Of a stretch of 64,000 nucleotides of DNA, positions 40,332-55,367 are shown piece after piece. Source of the DNA: Eledone cirrhosa (taxonomy: Eukaryota); assembly GCA_964016885.1 (NCBI GenBank), contig OZ024740.1, positions 68,448,001 to 68,512,000 of the forward strand. The letters run 5' to 3'. Position 1 is the stretch's first letter, and each line of letters opens with the position of its first letter. Made by a program: the position numbers and the translations under genes. The notes beneath the pieces are model-generated. The model was given only the letters and a program-made list of their open reading frames with translations, was not told where the DNA came from and searched no databases.

Positions 40332-42123
40332 CGAAAAGGCTGAACACTACAATCAACAGAAAATTATGAGAAACCTAAAAACTCTAATCAACCAATACAA
40401 AGAAGGACTCACTAACAAGGAATTCAGTTTAATCACAGACTCCACAAGTAAATCCAGCCTTTTCTACGGTATCCCTAAAGTACATAAAAGCGAATCAATA
40501 AGTAAGGCATGCAAGGAAGCCACAGACATAGTCATCAATGTCCCCTCACCCAATGATCTCAAATTGAGACCTATAATAACAGGCCCCGCTTGCGAAACGC
40601 ACCGTCTTAGCAACTTCATTGATACCCTTCTCAAACCGTTCCTCAAACACATCAAAAGCTATATAAGGGACGATCTAGATATGCTCAATCACCTCCCTAA
40701 TATGCCACTTTCTGAACAAACCCTACTAGTGACGTTCGATGTAGTCAACCTATACTCCAACATCCCCCACAACCTAGGAATAGAAGCTATCCAATTCTGG
40801 CTGGATAATTTCCCCAATGAACTCCCACAACGCATCAAAATAGAATTCGTGATAGAGGGACTCAAATTTATCTTGGAGAACAATTACTTCGTTTTCAATA
40901 ACAAACCCTACAGGCAGAAATCTGGGACCGCTATGGGAACGAAAACAGCCCCCACTTATGCCAACCTAGTCATGGGATACCTGGAAATCACCCTCTACAC
41001 TAAAGTCCTAAACAAATTTGGAAACACCCTCCACTTACACATTGAAAGGAACTGGAAGCGATATCTAGATGACTGCTTCATCCTTTGGCACGAAAACATC
41101 GAAAAACTTAAAGAATTCCACCCCCTTATAAATGGGCTCAACACGAATATTAACTTCACGATGGAATACAGCCATCAACAACTCCTCTTCCTCGACATCC
41201 TCATTAAGATCCATAACAAAAAAATAGAAACACACATATACTACAAGCCCACAGACTCCAAGCAATATCTCCCCTTCAACTCTTGCCACCCTAGACACGT
41301 TAAAATTAATATTCCCTACAACTTAGCCAAGAGAATCTGTACTATAGTCTCCAATAAAAACATCTGCAACTTACGGCTACAAGAACTAAAGGACACACTC
41401 ATAGGCAGGAACTACACTGCATCACTAATTGACAATGGAATCCAACGTGACCTAAAACTCAGTACCCAGGACCTTAGACACCCTAAAGTAAATCAACCGA
41501 AACTAAAAGCTCTTCCATACATCTCCACACACAACCCCCTCAACAATGAGGCCTTTGTCACCATCCTCCAGAACATCCCTGTGTTGAAAAAGGACCATAG
41601 AATGAACCAAATTCTACGAACACACGATATCATAAAGAGCAAAAGACAATCCAAGTCAATGAAAAACATCCTAACACATGCCAAAGTACTGCCAACCACA
41701 ACAACGAAACCCACAGTAAAAAAATGCGATAGACCCAAATGTGACATTTGCATCAACCTAATAGAGGGTTCGGAATTCTATTCCAAAGATGGACAACGTT
41801 TTATAGTAAAACACAATTTCACATGTGCATCGGAAAATCTAATATATATATTAACTTGCTCAGGTTGTCGAGAACAATACATAGGCCAGACCAAAAATAG
41901 CCTCCGCCAACGCATGACTGTCCATAGATCCCAAATTAAAATACGGGAATACAGGAAAATACCACTGAGTGAACACATTGATACCTGTGCCGCCCAAAAT
42001 CATCCAAACTTCAGAATCTTTCCCCTCTACAAATTTAAAGATAATGCCAACCACACCCAGCGCATCAGCAAGGAATCTTACTTCATTAACAAATACGGAC
42101 CCCGTCTAAACACTTCTCCCTAA
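40330..42123 (+). CDS. Penelope-like RT plus GIY-YIG endonuclease; uninterrupted frame, 5'-truncated at a (TA)n tract
   Basis: FYGIPKVHK, LRPII, TFDVVNLYSNI, QKSGTAMGTKTAPTYANL, WKRYLDD, FLDI, CDRPKCDIC, NLIYILTC..QYIGQT..RMTVH; the track's first 30 residues are microsatellite. Confidence 0.9.
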
Positions 42124-42251
42124 AAATTACACAACATACATACGTCAACATACATACCTACATCAGCACACATCTCTACCAACATATAAACACACATATA
42201 AATACTATGACATAGGTAAACACACATGCTCTATGGTGCAACACAAAAAAA

Positions 42252-42309
<58 letters not shown>

Positions 42310-42485
42310 ATATATGTATGTGTATATATATATATATATATATAGTGAATATATGTATGTATATATATAGTGAATATCATTTCACACATTTTATTGTTAA
42401 CATTTTTGATGTTCTATTAAGAGAAACGATTTTACTGAAAAAATCCAATAATGTACACCATTTTACCAGGGGGAAAAATACTGGT

Positions 42486-42562
<77 letters not shown>

Positions 42563-42736
42563 CACACAGACATACACACGCGTACATTAACATACAAAGA
42601 GACTTATACACACACACACACACGCACTTCTCCGTATAAGACAAAAGCTGAAAAATATCTTTTGACATGCTAAAATACCCCCCATTGCTTTCAGACACAT
42701 TCTTACTGATCATCCCTGATACCACGAATTACTCTG

Positions 42737-42808
<72 letters not shown>

Positions 42809-43396
42809 ATCTTAATAGCCATTTGACACACATCCCTGCTAACCATTGTCATAAACATCGAACACCTTACTACTACTACTACACACACACACACACACAC
42901 ACACACATATTTGTTGTGAAAGAGTCATTTCTCAATCTTGGCGCAAAACCAATTTTTTATTCACATGACCTCTACCGACCAATCAAAATTGTTTTGACCA
43001 CAAGAATTTTTGCAAACACCAAATAGCGCTGGAGCCACTTTTTTAACATAAAAACAGGTAGAATTCCCAAAACTAATTAGATCAGAGCAAACAACACGGA
43101 CACTCTATCTCAAAATTATTGTTGAAAAGCATTTAGAAATGCGCAACCGGTAAAAACTTTAAAACTTAAAACCACAACTGCATACTAACCCATACAATCA
43201 CTAATACTCTTTTATCCCTAATTAAACCATTTTTCAACTGTGAACAATTTGTCAGCATTTTCTATACCGTTTACCAATATATATATATATGCCTGACCGA
43301 TTTAACTCACTCAATATGCAAATTAGGCTGCTCAGCCGTTAATTTTCATAAGGAAAGTATATACTTTCGAACGTTCAACTATCTGGCAGATGGGTA

Positions 43397-43441
43397 AACG
43401 GTGCTGATGATAGCTAACAAGCTTGAAACTAGTACATCGTT
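43397..43441 (+). ncRNA. Type I hammerhead ribozyme, family A
   Basis: aacggtg CTGATGA t agct aaca agct t GAAA ctag TA catcgtt; predicted cut after 43434. Confidence 0.9.
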
Positions 43442-43862
43442 CCTGTGTCAGTGTTGAACAAAAAGGTGACGTGGTTGCCTTAACACCGTATGGCATAAAT
43501 TCAGGCTGTTCAGTTTGTTTACAAACGAACAAAGCGACGTTAGCGCCGCTAAACTGATACGTGCATATATGTATGTGTACCTGTATGCATATGTGTGTAT
43601 ATATGTATATATATGTATATATGTGCATGCTACTGTACGTCTGTATACATATATGTATGTACGTATACATGCGTACTTACATTTAAGTAAGTGCCATACT
43701 AAGAGTGAGAAATGAAATTTCGTTTTCATTTTGTTTCAATTTATCGTTTTCGGTATGCCTGACCGATTTAACTCACTCAATATGCAAATTAGGCTGCTCA
43801 GCCGTTAATTTTCATAAGGAAAGTATATACTTTCGAACGTTCAACTATCTGGCAGATGGGTA

Positions 43863-43907
43863 AACGGTGCTGATGATAGCTAACAAGCTTGAAACTAGTA
43901 CATCGTT
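43863..43907 (+). ncRNA. Type I hammerhead ribozyme, family A
   Basis: Identical to 43397-43441; predicted cut after 43900. Confidence 0.9.
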
Positions 43908-44204
43908 CCTGTGTCAGTGTTGAACAAAAAGGTGACGTGGTTGCCTTAACACCGTATGGCATAAATTCAGGCTGTTCAGTTTGTTTACAAACGAACAAAG
44001 CGACGTTAGCGCCGCTAAACTGATACGTGCATATATGTATGTGTACCTGTATGCATATGTGTGTATATATGTATATATATGTATATATGTGCATGCTACT
44101 GTACGTCTGTATACATATATGTATGTACGTATACATGCGTACTTACATTTAAGTAAGTGCCATACTAAGAGTGAGAAATGAAATTTCGTTTTCATTTTGT
44201 TTCA

Positions 44205-44317
<113 letters not shown>

Positions 44318-44341
44318 AATATATATATATACATATATATA

Positions 44342-44526
44342 TAACGAAGGAAAAGTGGTAAGGAACCAGGTGGACCATAACGCACCAAAGTACTCAATAC
44401 TTAGGGTAGTAGAGTGGGTAATAGGAACAAGTAAGACCCCGACGGCTGAGCTCAAGCCGTTTCGACGGCTAATTATGAATTAGCCGTCGAAACGGCTTGA
44501 GCTCAACCGTCGGCGTCTTACTTGTT

Positions 44527-44530
<4 letters not shown>
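44342..44530. mobile_element. Family B short fold-back (3' half of the HHR plus tail)
   Basis: Matches 27191-27322; 44422-44474 is inverted at 44478-44530. Confidence 0.85.
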
Positions 44531-44561
<31 letters not shown>

Positions 44562-44565
44562 GCAT

Positions 44566-44623
<58 letters not shown>

Positions 44624-44641
44624 ACATATATATATACATAT

Positions 44642-44681
<40 letters not shown>

Positions 44682-45084
44682 GAAGCAATTATTGAAATGT
44701 TTTTCTTTCTTTTTACTGTTTTATTGATCTTTTTTTCAAATTCAGAAAATAAGTAAACTTAATTTTAGAGTTAACCTTTTTATGATTATTTTAAACATGA
44801 ACGGAAATTGGACGTTGTTGTTAATACCATTTGAATCTAGACTACTAAATAACAAATACCAATTAATCTTGAAGAATAGCTCTGAATATTTTAGCTATGA
44901 TCCTTGGTAACGATTCATACATATGAAATCGTGTTTGATTTACTGTAAATGAGATGTCTAAAACAGGACGCGCAATGAGAAACATGGCGTCGTGTTTTTA
45001 GCTATAAAGTTGTTTATGATAGTGCATTCACTTAATATTACAAATTGTATCTCCCTCTCTGACTCTCTGTTTATTTCTGTCTCT

Positions 45085-45719
<635 letters not shown>

Positions 45720-48700
45720 AAAAAACCCTGCTGCGCTTGTGCAATACTATTTTCCATACCGATGTTTTCTTTTTGGCTTGGATGGAAATTCGAACAAAAA
45801 AGTATAATGATAAATAATATTTGGAAAACAATTATGTAAATGGAATGTCATGAAAGGGACACCTCCACATTGCGAAACATCAGTCACATCTACGTTGAAA
45901 ATATATCGATTATTTCATTTTTTATTTAGTTATTTATTGGTCGTTTCAAATGAGTATAGAAAGAATACATAACGAAATATTTTACTTCGATATGAATTAC
46001 TCCAACATATTTAAAAGGAATACGAATAGAAATTGAAGTGAATAAATTATATGTACATATTTTACCTGCGTTGTATATATTATATTATCCTCCCTAGAGT
46101 CAGATTATTTTCTGAGCGCACTTGTACCTTAAAGCTGTTCGATTCTCATTTCTAATTATTTGGTATTACTTATGACAGTAATTTCCTGGGAAAATGCTTT
46201 GAATGTGAACATTCTGTTTGTCTTTTCTACATGACATTGGTTGTCATGAATCAAGATTGGCACTTAACACTTATCCAGAAAAGTCGTACATATTTTTCAA
46301 TTTATTAATATAAGATCGCAGAATAAATATATAAATATATAAGTATATATGTCTAAGGCGATATGAAGATATATGACAATTAATGTGACGAGCAGAATAT
46401 TTTTTTTGTTTAATCAAACAGAGCCTGCTGGATTGTTTGGAAGACATAGTATTTCGGGTGCTAGACATAATTGTCGTCCAACATAACTCCATAAAATGAA
46501 TGCAGTGGTGTTCAAAGTGCTGCAAGACAGAGAATAATTTTCAAAATGATACGAGCCGATCGTCAGATCATAGCAGGTTATTTCTTTGGTCATTCTATTC
46601 ATGTTATTATCTGACACTCACATCTCCTGGCCTAATTAATAAACACTAAACCCAAATGAAGCAGAAGACAATTTTGAGTAACACTTGAAACCTCACTCCA
46701 GGCAAACCCATTAGAGCCACTTTTAAATACCGTTAATAACATGCATAGAAAAGTGAGAATTGAAACGGTTGCATTTCTAATGTAATATATACCTGATGTG
46801 TGGGATACTGCTTTTATGCCACATGTTTTCTTTTAGATATTTATCGCTTCATCCACTATTCCAGATTACGAAATTAGTAAAATTATGAATATATTTGCAT
46901 TGAAATTTGTTAACGTTTCACTAACACACTATCCTCGAAGCAATTAACTCTTGGCTCGTATGACCTCTTTGGAACTCAAGGACCAGGAAATGAATAAATT
47001 GAATATGATTGTGTATGTTTATATATTATTATTCATGACAATGTATTGCTGTATTATTGCTGACTCCTTCGGTCCTGAGATCAAATCAAACTGACACCAA
47101 CATGTTTTCATCCTTCCGTACTCTAAAAATATGATATGTAGTGATCGAGATTGGCAGAGCTGTAAAAATGTTGGGCAAATCGATTTTTGATATTGTTAGT
47201 GAGTATCCGCTTTCTGAAAATCTAAGTCTTTTTTTGTACACTTATCTGTATCTAGTTAATAAGGAGCCCCGCACGAAAAGAAAAAGAAACTAAGATTTTA
47301 ATTCTCCATGAAAATTCATAGACAAACGCATAGTATACCAGGGACATAACCCGGAAACGTTTGTCGACTGCACCATGCAGTAATATAATCGCTCACCTTA
47401 AAAATCATTAATTTAAAAGCTTCCGTGCATCTTCGACTTTATCAGCGACGGCATTAACTTTAAGTTTTCCCGTGGGTATCTATAAAAATGATGATTGATT
47501 CTGCTTCCATGTCTAGCATTCATTTGTTTAAATATCTAGCTCAGGAATCAAAGTTCAACTGGTTGCGTGTTCCAAAGATACGTGTATCCGTAACTTGATA
47601 CCTAAGCCGAGTCCGTGTGAAACGTTACATTACAACTCGGGTTGATTTGTCTATTTAATTCAATATTTGTTTAAGATGCTAAAAAGAGAGATCGAACTTG
47701 GGGCCTCATGATTACGGAGCGAACTTAATAATTCTGCTATGCTACTTACTACATCAACATATTGCATGATTACATTAACTACGCTATAGATATACCTCTT
47801 CTCTACATATTTGCAGTTTTTATTGATGTAAGAATATTACTATTTATTCATCTAATTTCTTAATGACAGGGGAAACAAAATAGTAATTTTGAGCAAAATA
47901 ATTCGCTTAGAATAATATTGTTCTCAGCATTTTAATGCTGAAAACAATATTATTTACATCTAGAAAAATCATTTTGTCTAATATTTTTGCATGATATATC
48001 AAATATGCGTACGACCTCGTTTTTGGTAGAAAAGATGATGTCATCCATCAGGAAACTTAAAACGTAAGTATTAGTTACACTTATGAGAAAAATGTACATG
48101 CAGAAATAAAGAACAAATATTTCAACCTTTTATGTATATGGCACTTTAGCCCAAACTGATACTTCACATTCATGTCGTTATCTCACACATCTAAACGAGC
48201 ATTAAAAATATAAATTAAGATGTAAAATGGTTTGTAGAGTGAAGTTTGTGTACTTTAGCTAAAAGCGTTACTACAAATGTTAATTGAATAAAACAAGTTT
48301 CTATAGTGGCGAGAGTATGTCTCAATGTATAAATAATTAAATGTGTAAGTAAATAAATGAATACATTTCTATACTACACTTTGAAGTAGATGATTATTCA
48401 TAATGATTAAATGGTATGCACACACACATACACACACATACACATACACACATATGTATATATATATATATGAACAGCAAGGATTAGGTGTTTGATATTA
48501 TTAGTTTATTAGTGATAGTCTCTGCAAACTATCAGAGACGACACTAATAGATCTATGGCGCCAGGATTTCTTTAACAACGGACATGGAATTAAGCATGCT
48601 GCATTCTCTCTATTTAGCAAAACCAAGCATTCAGTCCGGTGCTATCCAGATTTCACAATTATTATTACTATAGGCAGCAGATTTTCATGCCTTCTTTTAC

Positions 48701-50082
48701 AATTTCGCCTGAAGGTGCCACTGCAGGCTTAAGGCATTAATTATTGATTTTGGCGTTTGTGACAGTTGAAGACATTCACATCACACCCTCCGTAATGGAC
48801 ACTGAACAACGTCAACATACTTCACATTGAGCCCTGTGGCTGCCAAAGAACATTTCTTTCTAAGTTAAAGAGTACAGAACTTGTTTTATATTGAACTAGA
48901 TGACATTCGCGCAATTTTGCCGACGGTAACATCTGGTATAATAACAATGTTTCTTTTAACACATTCACTTGATTTTGAAAATAATCTTCATAAAAAAAGA
49001 AGAAATACGTCAACAATATGAAACAAACATAACACACACATAAAGGCCAAGAAATAGACAACAAAAAGGAACAACGATATCAACAAGGAATTAGAAGAAT
49101 AATATTGGATGACATGTAATATGGAAAATTGTGTCACGTAACATTAACTGTATCTTGTTAAATAATGTATGGAGTTATGTGTGGGGGTTAATATTAAGCA
49201 TTCAGTGTACGGCACGTGGTCCTGTAACACTGTCATATGAAAATAGTGTTATAGCAACGATATTGATAGGCGTCACTTTCAAAAAACTCCCACCAAATGA
49301 AATCAACCAAGATACTAACGAAGCCGTTTGAAAGAAGATACAACCTAACTAAGTATAGACAATAACAAAACACGCCTTCCCAACGTCTATCGAGAACAAA
49401 TATTAAACTAGTGTCTCATACAATAATAAAAGACAGCAAAAAACATTAAAGCAAAAAGAGAAACAAGATGACTTGAAATAAATGAGGAAAAATTAGAGAA
49501 TAAATGGATATGCTGATTTAGAAATTAGCATTATTCTGTCATTGGATAGTTATGATTCTAACAGATGTATCAACCCGTTCCCTCAAGGGAGAGATAACAG
49601 TCAGGGGTTTCAGGCATTAGTGCATTGTTATAAACTTATACATGTCTAACACAAATACAGACACAATCACATATACACTCATACACACACACAAAAGTAT
49701 TTGTGTACGTGAATATATATTAATATATATATATATATAAATATGTGTGTGTGTGTGTGTGTCTGTACATATGTGTGTGTGTGCGCGTGTGGGGGTGGGT
49801 GTCTGTACATATGTGTGGGTGTGTGTAATAGGTAGATGTACGATGAGTAATCCGAGGTGGCCACAGTAAAAAGGTTATTACAAATATTAGTAGAGTGTAT
49901 GCCCGCTTATTATATGTAGAATTAATTCAAGGTTAGTGTTACACTTCATCTTTACCGGGTCCACAAACTAATGTACCAGTAATGTACAGTGGTCCGTTAA
50001 ATCGATTTTCCCTCCCCGAAATTAATGGACTTGGGTCTAAATCAGAAACCATTATATGTAGATAAAATACTATATAATATGT

Positions 50083-50140
<58 letters not shown>

Positions 50141-50141
50141 C

Positions 50142-50346
50142 ATACTTGGGGAGGGTCATATTTGTGTAATATTGCCAGAATTAATAACATAACACACTCA
50201 CAGTTTGGTTGGTTTTCGCTTTTGGCTTCTGTGTCTTTTATATCGGTAATCTAATTTATTCGGTCCTCAATGTTGCCATTGACTGACCAACGGTAAAAAA
50301 TAATACAGATACAATATAGACACAAGCACATATATATAGTTTATCA
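50142..50346 (-). mobile_element. Solo 3' terminal fragment of the PLE at 19650-22290
   Basis: Near-identical to 19652-19856; abuts (TA)n. Confidence 0.85.
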
Positions 50347-50491
50347 AAGTTTATATATATATGTGGAGGTTATATTTAATTTGTTGGGATACAAGCAAAT
50401 ATTTGTATAACTGATATAAAGCACTCAACAAATTATTGGAGTAAAAATACAATATATTAACAAATGGAAACTATATTTATATAAACATATT

Positions 50492-50556
50492 TATTTCATT
50501 ATACATATTTCAAGAACACCAAAGCAAATTATGGTGCGCTTTCATCAGATAAAATA
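50492..50556 (-). ncRNA. Type I hammerhead, family C
   Basis: tattttat CTGATGA aagc gcacca taatttgctt tggtgt tctt GAAA tatgta TA atgaaata. Confidence 0.7.
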
Positions 50557-50671
50557 TAATAGAGATCAGTTATATAAACAAATATTGACATACCCTTAAA
50601 GAATGCGACTATGTCGGTTGTAAGCTCCTGGATAGTATGTCAATATTTGTTTATAAAACTGATCTATATTA

Positions 50672-50736
50672 TATTTTATCTGATGAAAGCTAACCATAAT
50701 TTGCTTTGGTGTCCTTGAAATATTTATAATGAAATA
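50672..50736 (+). ncRNA. Type I hammerhead, family C
   Basis: tattttat CTGATGA aagcta acca taatttgctt tggt gtcctt GAAA tattta TA atgaaata. Confidence 0.65.
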
Positions 50737-51098
50737 AATATGGTTTTATAAATATAGTTTCCATTTGGTAATATATTATATATATATATAAATGGAATAG
50801 AATGAAACGAAATTTTGTTTCTCACTCTTAGTACGGCACTTACTTAAATGTAAGTATGTATGCATGTATACGTACATACATATATGTATACAGACGTACA
50901 GTATAATGTATATATATACATACATGCACATATATATATATGCACGTATCGGTTTACCGAACATTTATTATAATGCTCGGTTTGTTTGTTTGCAAACAAA
51001 CAAACAGCCAGAATTACGCCGTAGACTGTTTAGGCAACCGCGTCACCTTTTTGTTCAACACTGACACAGGAACGTTCAACCATCTGGCAGGAAAGTAT

Positions 51099-51141
51099 AC
51101 GATGCTGACGATAGGTAATAAGCTTGAAACTAGTACATCGT
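51099..51141 (+). ncRNA. Type I hammerhead, family A
   Basis: acgatg CTGACGA t aggt aata agct t GAAA ctag TA catcgt. Confidence 0.8.
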
Positions 51142-51545
51142 TCCTGTTTCAGTGTTGAACAAAAAGGTGACGGGGTTGCCTAAACACTGTACGGCGTAAT
51201 TCGGGCTGTGTGTTTGTTTAGAAACAAACAAACCGAGCATTATAATAAATGTTCGGTAAACCGATACGTGCATATATATATGTGTGCATGTGTGTATATA
51301 TATACATAATACTGTACGTCTGTATACATATATGTATGTACGTATACAGACATACATACTTACATTTAAGTAAGTGACGTACTAAGAGTGAGAAATGAAA
51401 TTTCGTTTCATTCTATTCCATTTATCGTTTTCGGTTGCGCCCGGCCGACTGAACTCACTCGATATGCAAATTAGGCTGCTTAGCCGTTAATATGCATACA
51501 GAAAGTATATACTTTCAGTCGTTCAACCATCTGGCAGGAAGGTAT

Positions 51546-51588
51546 ACGATACTGACGATAGCTAATAAGCTTGAAACTAGTACATCGT
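51546..51588 (+). ncRNA. Type I hammerhead, family A
   Basis: acgata CTGACGA t agct aata agct t GAAA ctag TA catcgt; A-C mismatch next to the cleavage site. Confidence 0.75.
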
Positions 51589-52234
51589 TCCTGTGTCAGT
51601 GTTGAAGAAAAAGGTGACGTGGTTGCCTAAACACTGTACGGCGTAATTCGGGCTGTTTTTACAAATAAACAAACCGGGTTTTATAATAAATGTTCGGTAA
51701 ACCGATACGTGCATATATATATATATGTGTGCATGTATCTATATATATATATATATACATACTACTGTACGTCTGTATACATATATGTATGTACGTATAC
51801 ATACATACATACTTTTATATATATATATAGAGAGAGAGAGGCATACATGCATATGACTTAGCATGTTTAACGATCCGGACCTGTCCCCTGTTATATACAT
51901 CCGAAGAGATTTTATGTAGAAATACCAGGACAGATAAATAAATAAGGTAAAACATAACATCTTGTTTCCTCTTATCTTCTTGTTCGTCCATTTCACATTG
52001 ACTTGGTCTTCAGACTTCACTTTTATCCGTCCCTCTTTCTCTCTCTCTCTCTATTTGTATCTATATCATGTAGAGAGAAGAGATAAATATAGATTTATGA
52101 AGGTGAATCGGAAAAGCTTCGGCAGTTTTAATGATATAATACTATTTGTATTGTTAGATATAAAAATATCAATAATATATACACATATTACTGATTAGCC
52201 TATGCACACGAAGGTTAATCAGTAATATATATAC

Positions 52235-52269
<35 letters not shown>

Positions 52270-52724
52270 AAAGTTTTATTGTTGTTAAAACACTATATAT
52301 ATTGCAATGGCCTGGTTATGTAAGATCCTGGTGACATATGTGCGGATTGCATAATGTGTTAATCAATAAAGGAATTACGTCATACACAAACAGAGAAAGT
52401 ACAGGAAAAATGTGATTCGGAGATAGCCTGCAATCTAGCTATTATCGTTGTTGCAGTGACAGGCTAATGAATGCAAAGCATTGTGGCTTTGGTTCGTGTT
52501 CGGTTAGTATATTGAGGACACACATCCTGTTTTCATAGATAATACTATCCCGACGATAGCTATTCTGACTTTAGCGACCGGAGTTGGGAGCTTAGTCCTG
52601 CGTAAAAATATACTGGCCAAAACCAGCTAAATGTGATGGTGAAGTGGATCAGTTTACTGTAGATGTGGAGGTCAGGTTATAACATTTTAAAACGTAACAC
52701 AAATTAAGAAAGCGTTTAAAAATA

Positions 52725-52901
52725 TAATTGTTTCTACTTTTGGCACAAAGTCAGCAATTAACCGGTACATTACTGGTACTTTATTTTATCGACCCCGTAA
52801 GGATGAAAGGCAAAGTTAACCTCGGCGGGATTTGAACTCAGACTGTAAAGAGACGGAAATATTCTGGAAAGCATGGCGTACGACCCTCTACCGTTACTGC
52901 C
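52725..52901 (-). mobile_element. SINE family S
   Basis: Matches the family consensus. Confidence 0.85.
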
Positions 52902-53279
52902 AGAAAGTTTGGTGTTAAATAAATGAACAGAAATTACATGAATTATGAAGAATAGATTACTGGATATCACTTACTTATTATTTATTTTTTTCATTTTTAT
53001 ATTTCACATCTTATTTCATTTCGAAATATTTTGTGAGCTGTGCAAAGTGGTAAATATTCAGGTATTTTAAAAAAAATTGTATTAGCTGTTGTATGTTTGG
53101 TAAGAGATCGTATACTTTCCGTCTTTGCCCTGTGAAGGGGAGACGTTATAATATTTGGGCATTTTGGTCCAAATAATTGAACTTTATATATATTTTTTAA
53201 TGGACGAGACACAGGCCCCTACATTAAGTCTGCCGTCTTGAGATAAGGAATTAAAACTTGAGAGGAGAGACACAACAAG

Positions 53280-54490
53280 CGCAATTATGGACACAAAAAA
53301 GTTGATTACAAACACATGCCAAAATGAAGTTAGCAACACCGCCAACGACGACATGAACAGAGACAGTACCAATAGCTATAAGGAAACAGGTGAAGAGAGC
53401 CAAGGCAGCAACAGTTCCAACAGCTCTAAGAGCAACAACGAAATTAAAACATCATCTGCAATAAAGGAACCAACAACAACTGCAACAACACCAACGGCAT
53501 CAACGACAACGACAACTCTAACAACAAGAGCAACGAAGAATGAAAGCAGCAGTGACAGCATCGCCAAAAATAACAACTACAACCAACAACATCACCAACA
53601 ACAATGTGACCAGCAACAGCATCGGCAATAGCATCACGAACAACAACAAGAACTCTTTCGCTGCTGCAGCAGTCAAAAAAGAGAAAAAAACAAAAATATT
53701 ATTTAGCTAAAATTATCTCAGCCAAACTGAGAAAAGGTTGGCCTAAGAACGGGAGCTCATTAAACTAGTGCTAACCTAGGTCAACTTAAACGCCCCGACA
53801 GAGGACTTAGAAGCGTTGGAGAGGAGAACGGTGGTTTTTAGTTGCATTTTAAAGCAGACTAAAAAAGCGACCATCAATCTCCATCCTGAGGTCGAAGCTG
53901 CGCTGAGGTGCATCAGAGATGACACCGAGTACATAATGAGGGCCAGACAATACGGCACCGACTCAGTGCTGTTTACATCAGACGCCCTCGTTGTAACATA
54001 CTCGGTGGCTCCTTACAAAACCAGAAAGGTCAGCATATACGACCCACACACAGGAAAAAAACTGAAAGAATCCGCATAACCAGGATTTTGCCAAGAGCAG
54101 AATTGTAGTGGCTCCTGGGATGAGTGATTGTGGACGGGACATAAGCCGTTCCGATAGAGGTGAACAGAACGAGCAGGGAACTATTCCGGGGTTGACATGG
54201 AAATACTTCTTTAGATTAGGTCTGAAGACCATCCTTCTGCTAAACAGGACGTCTCTGCAGGAAATGACCGATGACAAATGGCCGCACAGTTGCGCTTGCG
54301 GCGAAATAACGAGTCTTCTTCCTTTAGCTAAAAAATGCAATGGGTCATATGCCTCCACTGGTGCCGCCGCCCGGTTGGGGACCACCATCATCACTAGAAC
54401 CCTCAACACCAACAGCAACAACACCAACGGAAAAGCCACCACAATCATTCGGCACTCCGAACGAAAAGGAGATAAGCTAAATTAGACAAG
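53280..54490 (+). mobile_element. Possible decayed LINE ORF1 (gag-like) fragment
   Basis: GC-richer island with broken same-strand ORFs (low-complexity N-terminus, ERRTVVF.., WPHSCACGE knuckle-like remnant); no diagnostic motif. Confidence 0.3.
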
Positions 54491-54622
54491 GTTATTTGTT
54501 GTGACTTTGTAACAGATGTGTTATATATATGTATGTGTGCATATACATATATATATATATAAACGGAAAAAATGAAACGATATTTCATTTCCCACTCTTA
54601 GTACGGCTGTTACGTGTACATA

Positions 54623-54691
<69 letters not shown>

Positions 54692-55174
54692 GTGTGTGTG
54701 TGTGTGTGCATATATGTGTGTGTCTGTGTGTATAAAGAGAGGGGGGAATAGAGAATGTGGGTGAGTGAGAGAGGGATATAGAGAGTGACGAACTTATAAG
54801 CAGTTGCACGGAGATATACATACCATCAGACATAAAACATTATGTTGAGTAAGGGAAAACTAATAAGCACAAGGAAAAGTCTGAGAGTATTCAAAATAAC
54901 AATAACCAAGTCTGAGCAAGAAAGGTGACTCACAGCAACGGCAATACTTTCATTTGGAAGAATAGAAGCAGTGATAAAAATAAAAAAAATATAAAAGAAA
55001 ACTATTCCTTACAGATTAGTATTGATGCATGTTTAGATATGATGCGATTATAGTTCCGTATAATTTTTCTTTATATTCCATCAAATATTTGATGGTGTCA
55101 TTAAGCCTCACACTACTTGCAAATATTCTTCAATGGAGTCGCATCACATATTTCTCCATCCATATATAGAGGCA

Positions 55175-55180
55175 TATATG

Positions 55181-55211
<31 letters not shown>

Positions 55212-55232
55212 ATATATATATAAATGTATATA

Positions 55233-55274
<42 letters not shown>

Positions 55275-55286
55275 TATATATATATT

Positions 55287-55367
<81 letters not shown>

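Larger units (their letters stand above)
50362..50778. mobile_element. HHR family C fold-back insertion (arms about 50451-50594 and 50634-50778)
   Basis: Inverted repeat homologous to 10481-11195; a tail-only fragment also lies at 27655-27810. Confidence 0.85.
50790..51815 (+). mobile_element. Family A retrozyme-like insertion: inverted arm (50790-51074) plus about 1.65 tandem units
   Basis: Homologous to 36580-37515 and 43288-44210. Confidence 0.85.

Noticed and set aside
43332-44195. Duplicated 112-aa and 93-aa ORFs
   Set aside because: They start in microsatellite-like sequence, are antisense to the HHR and are not preserved in the other family A copies
48815-48935. Possible minus-strand host exon (cag|..|gtatgt)
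   Set aside because: All three frames contain stops and no partner exons were found
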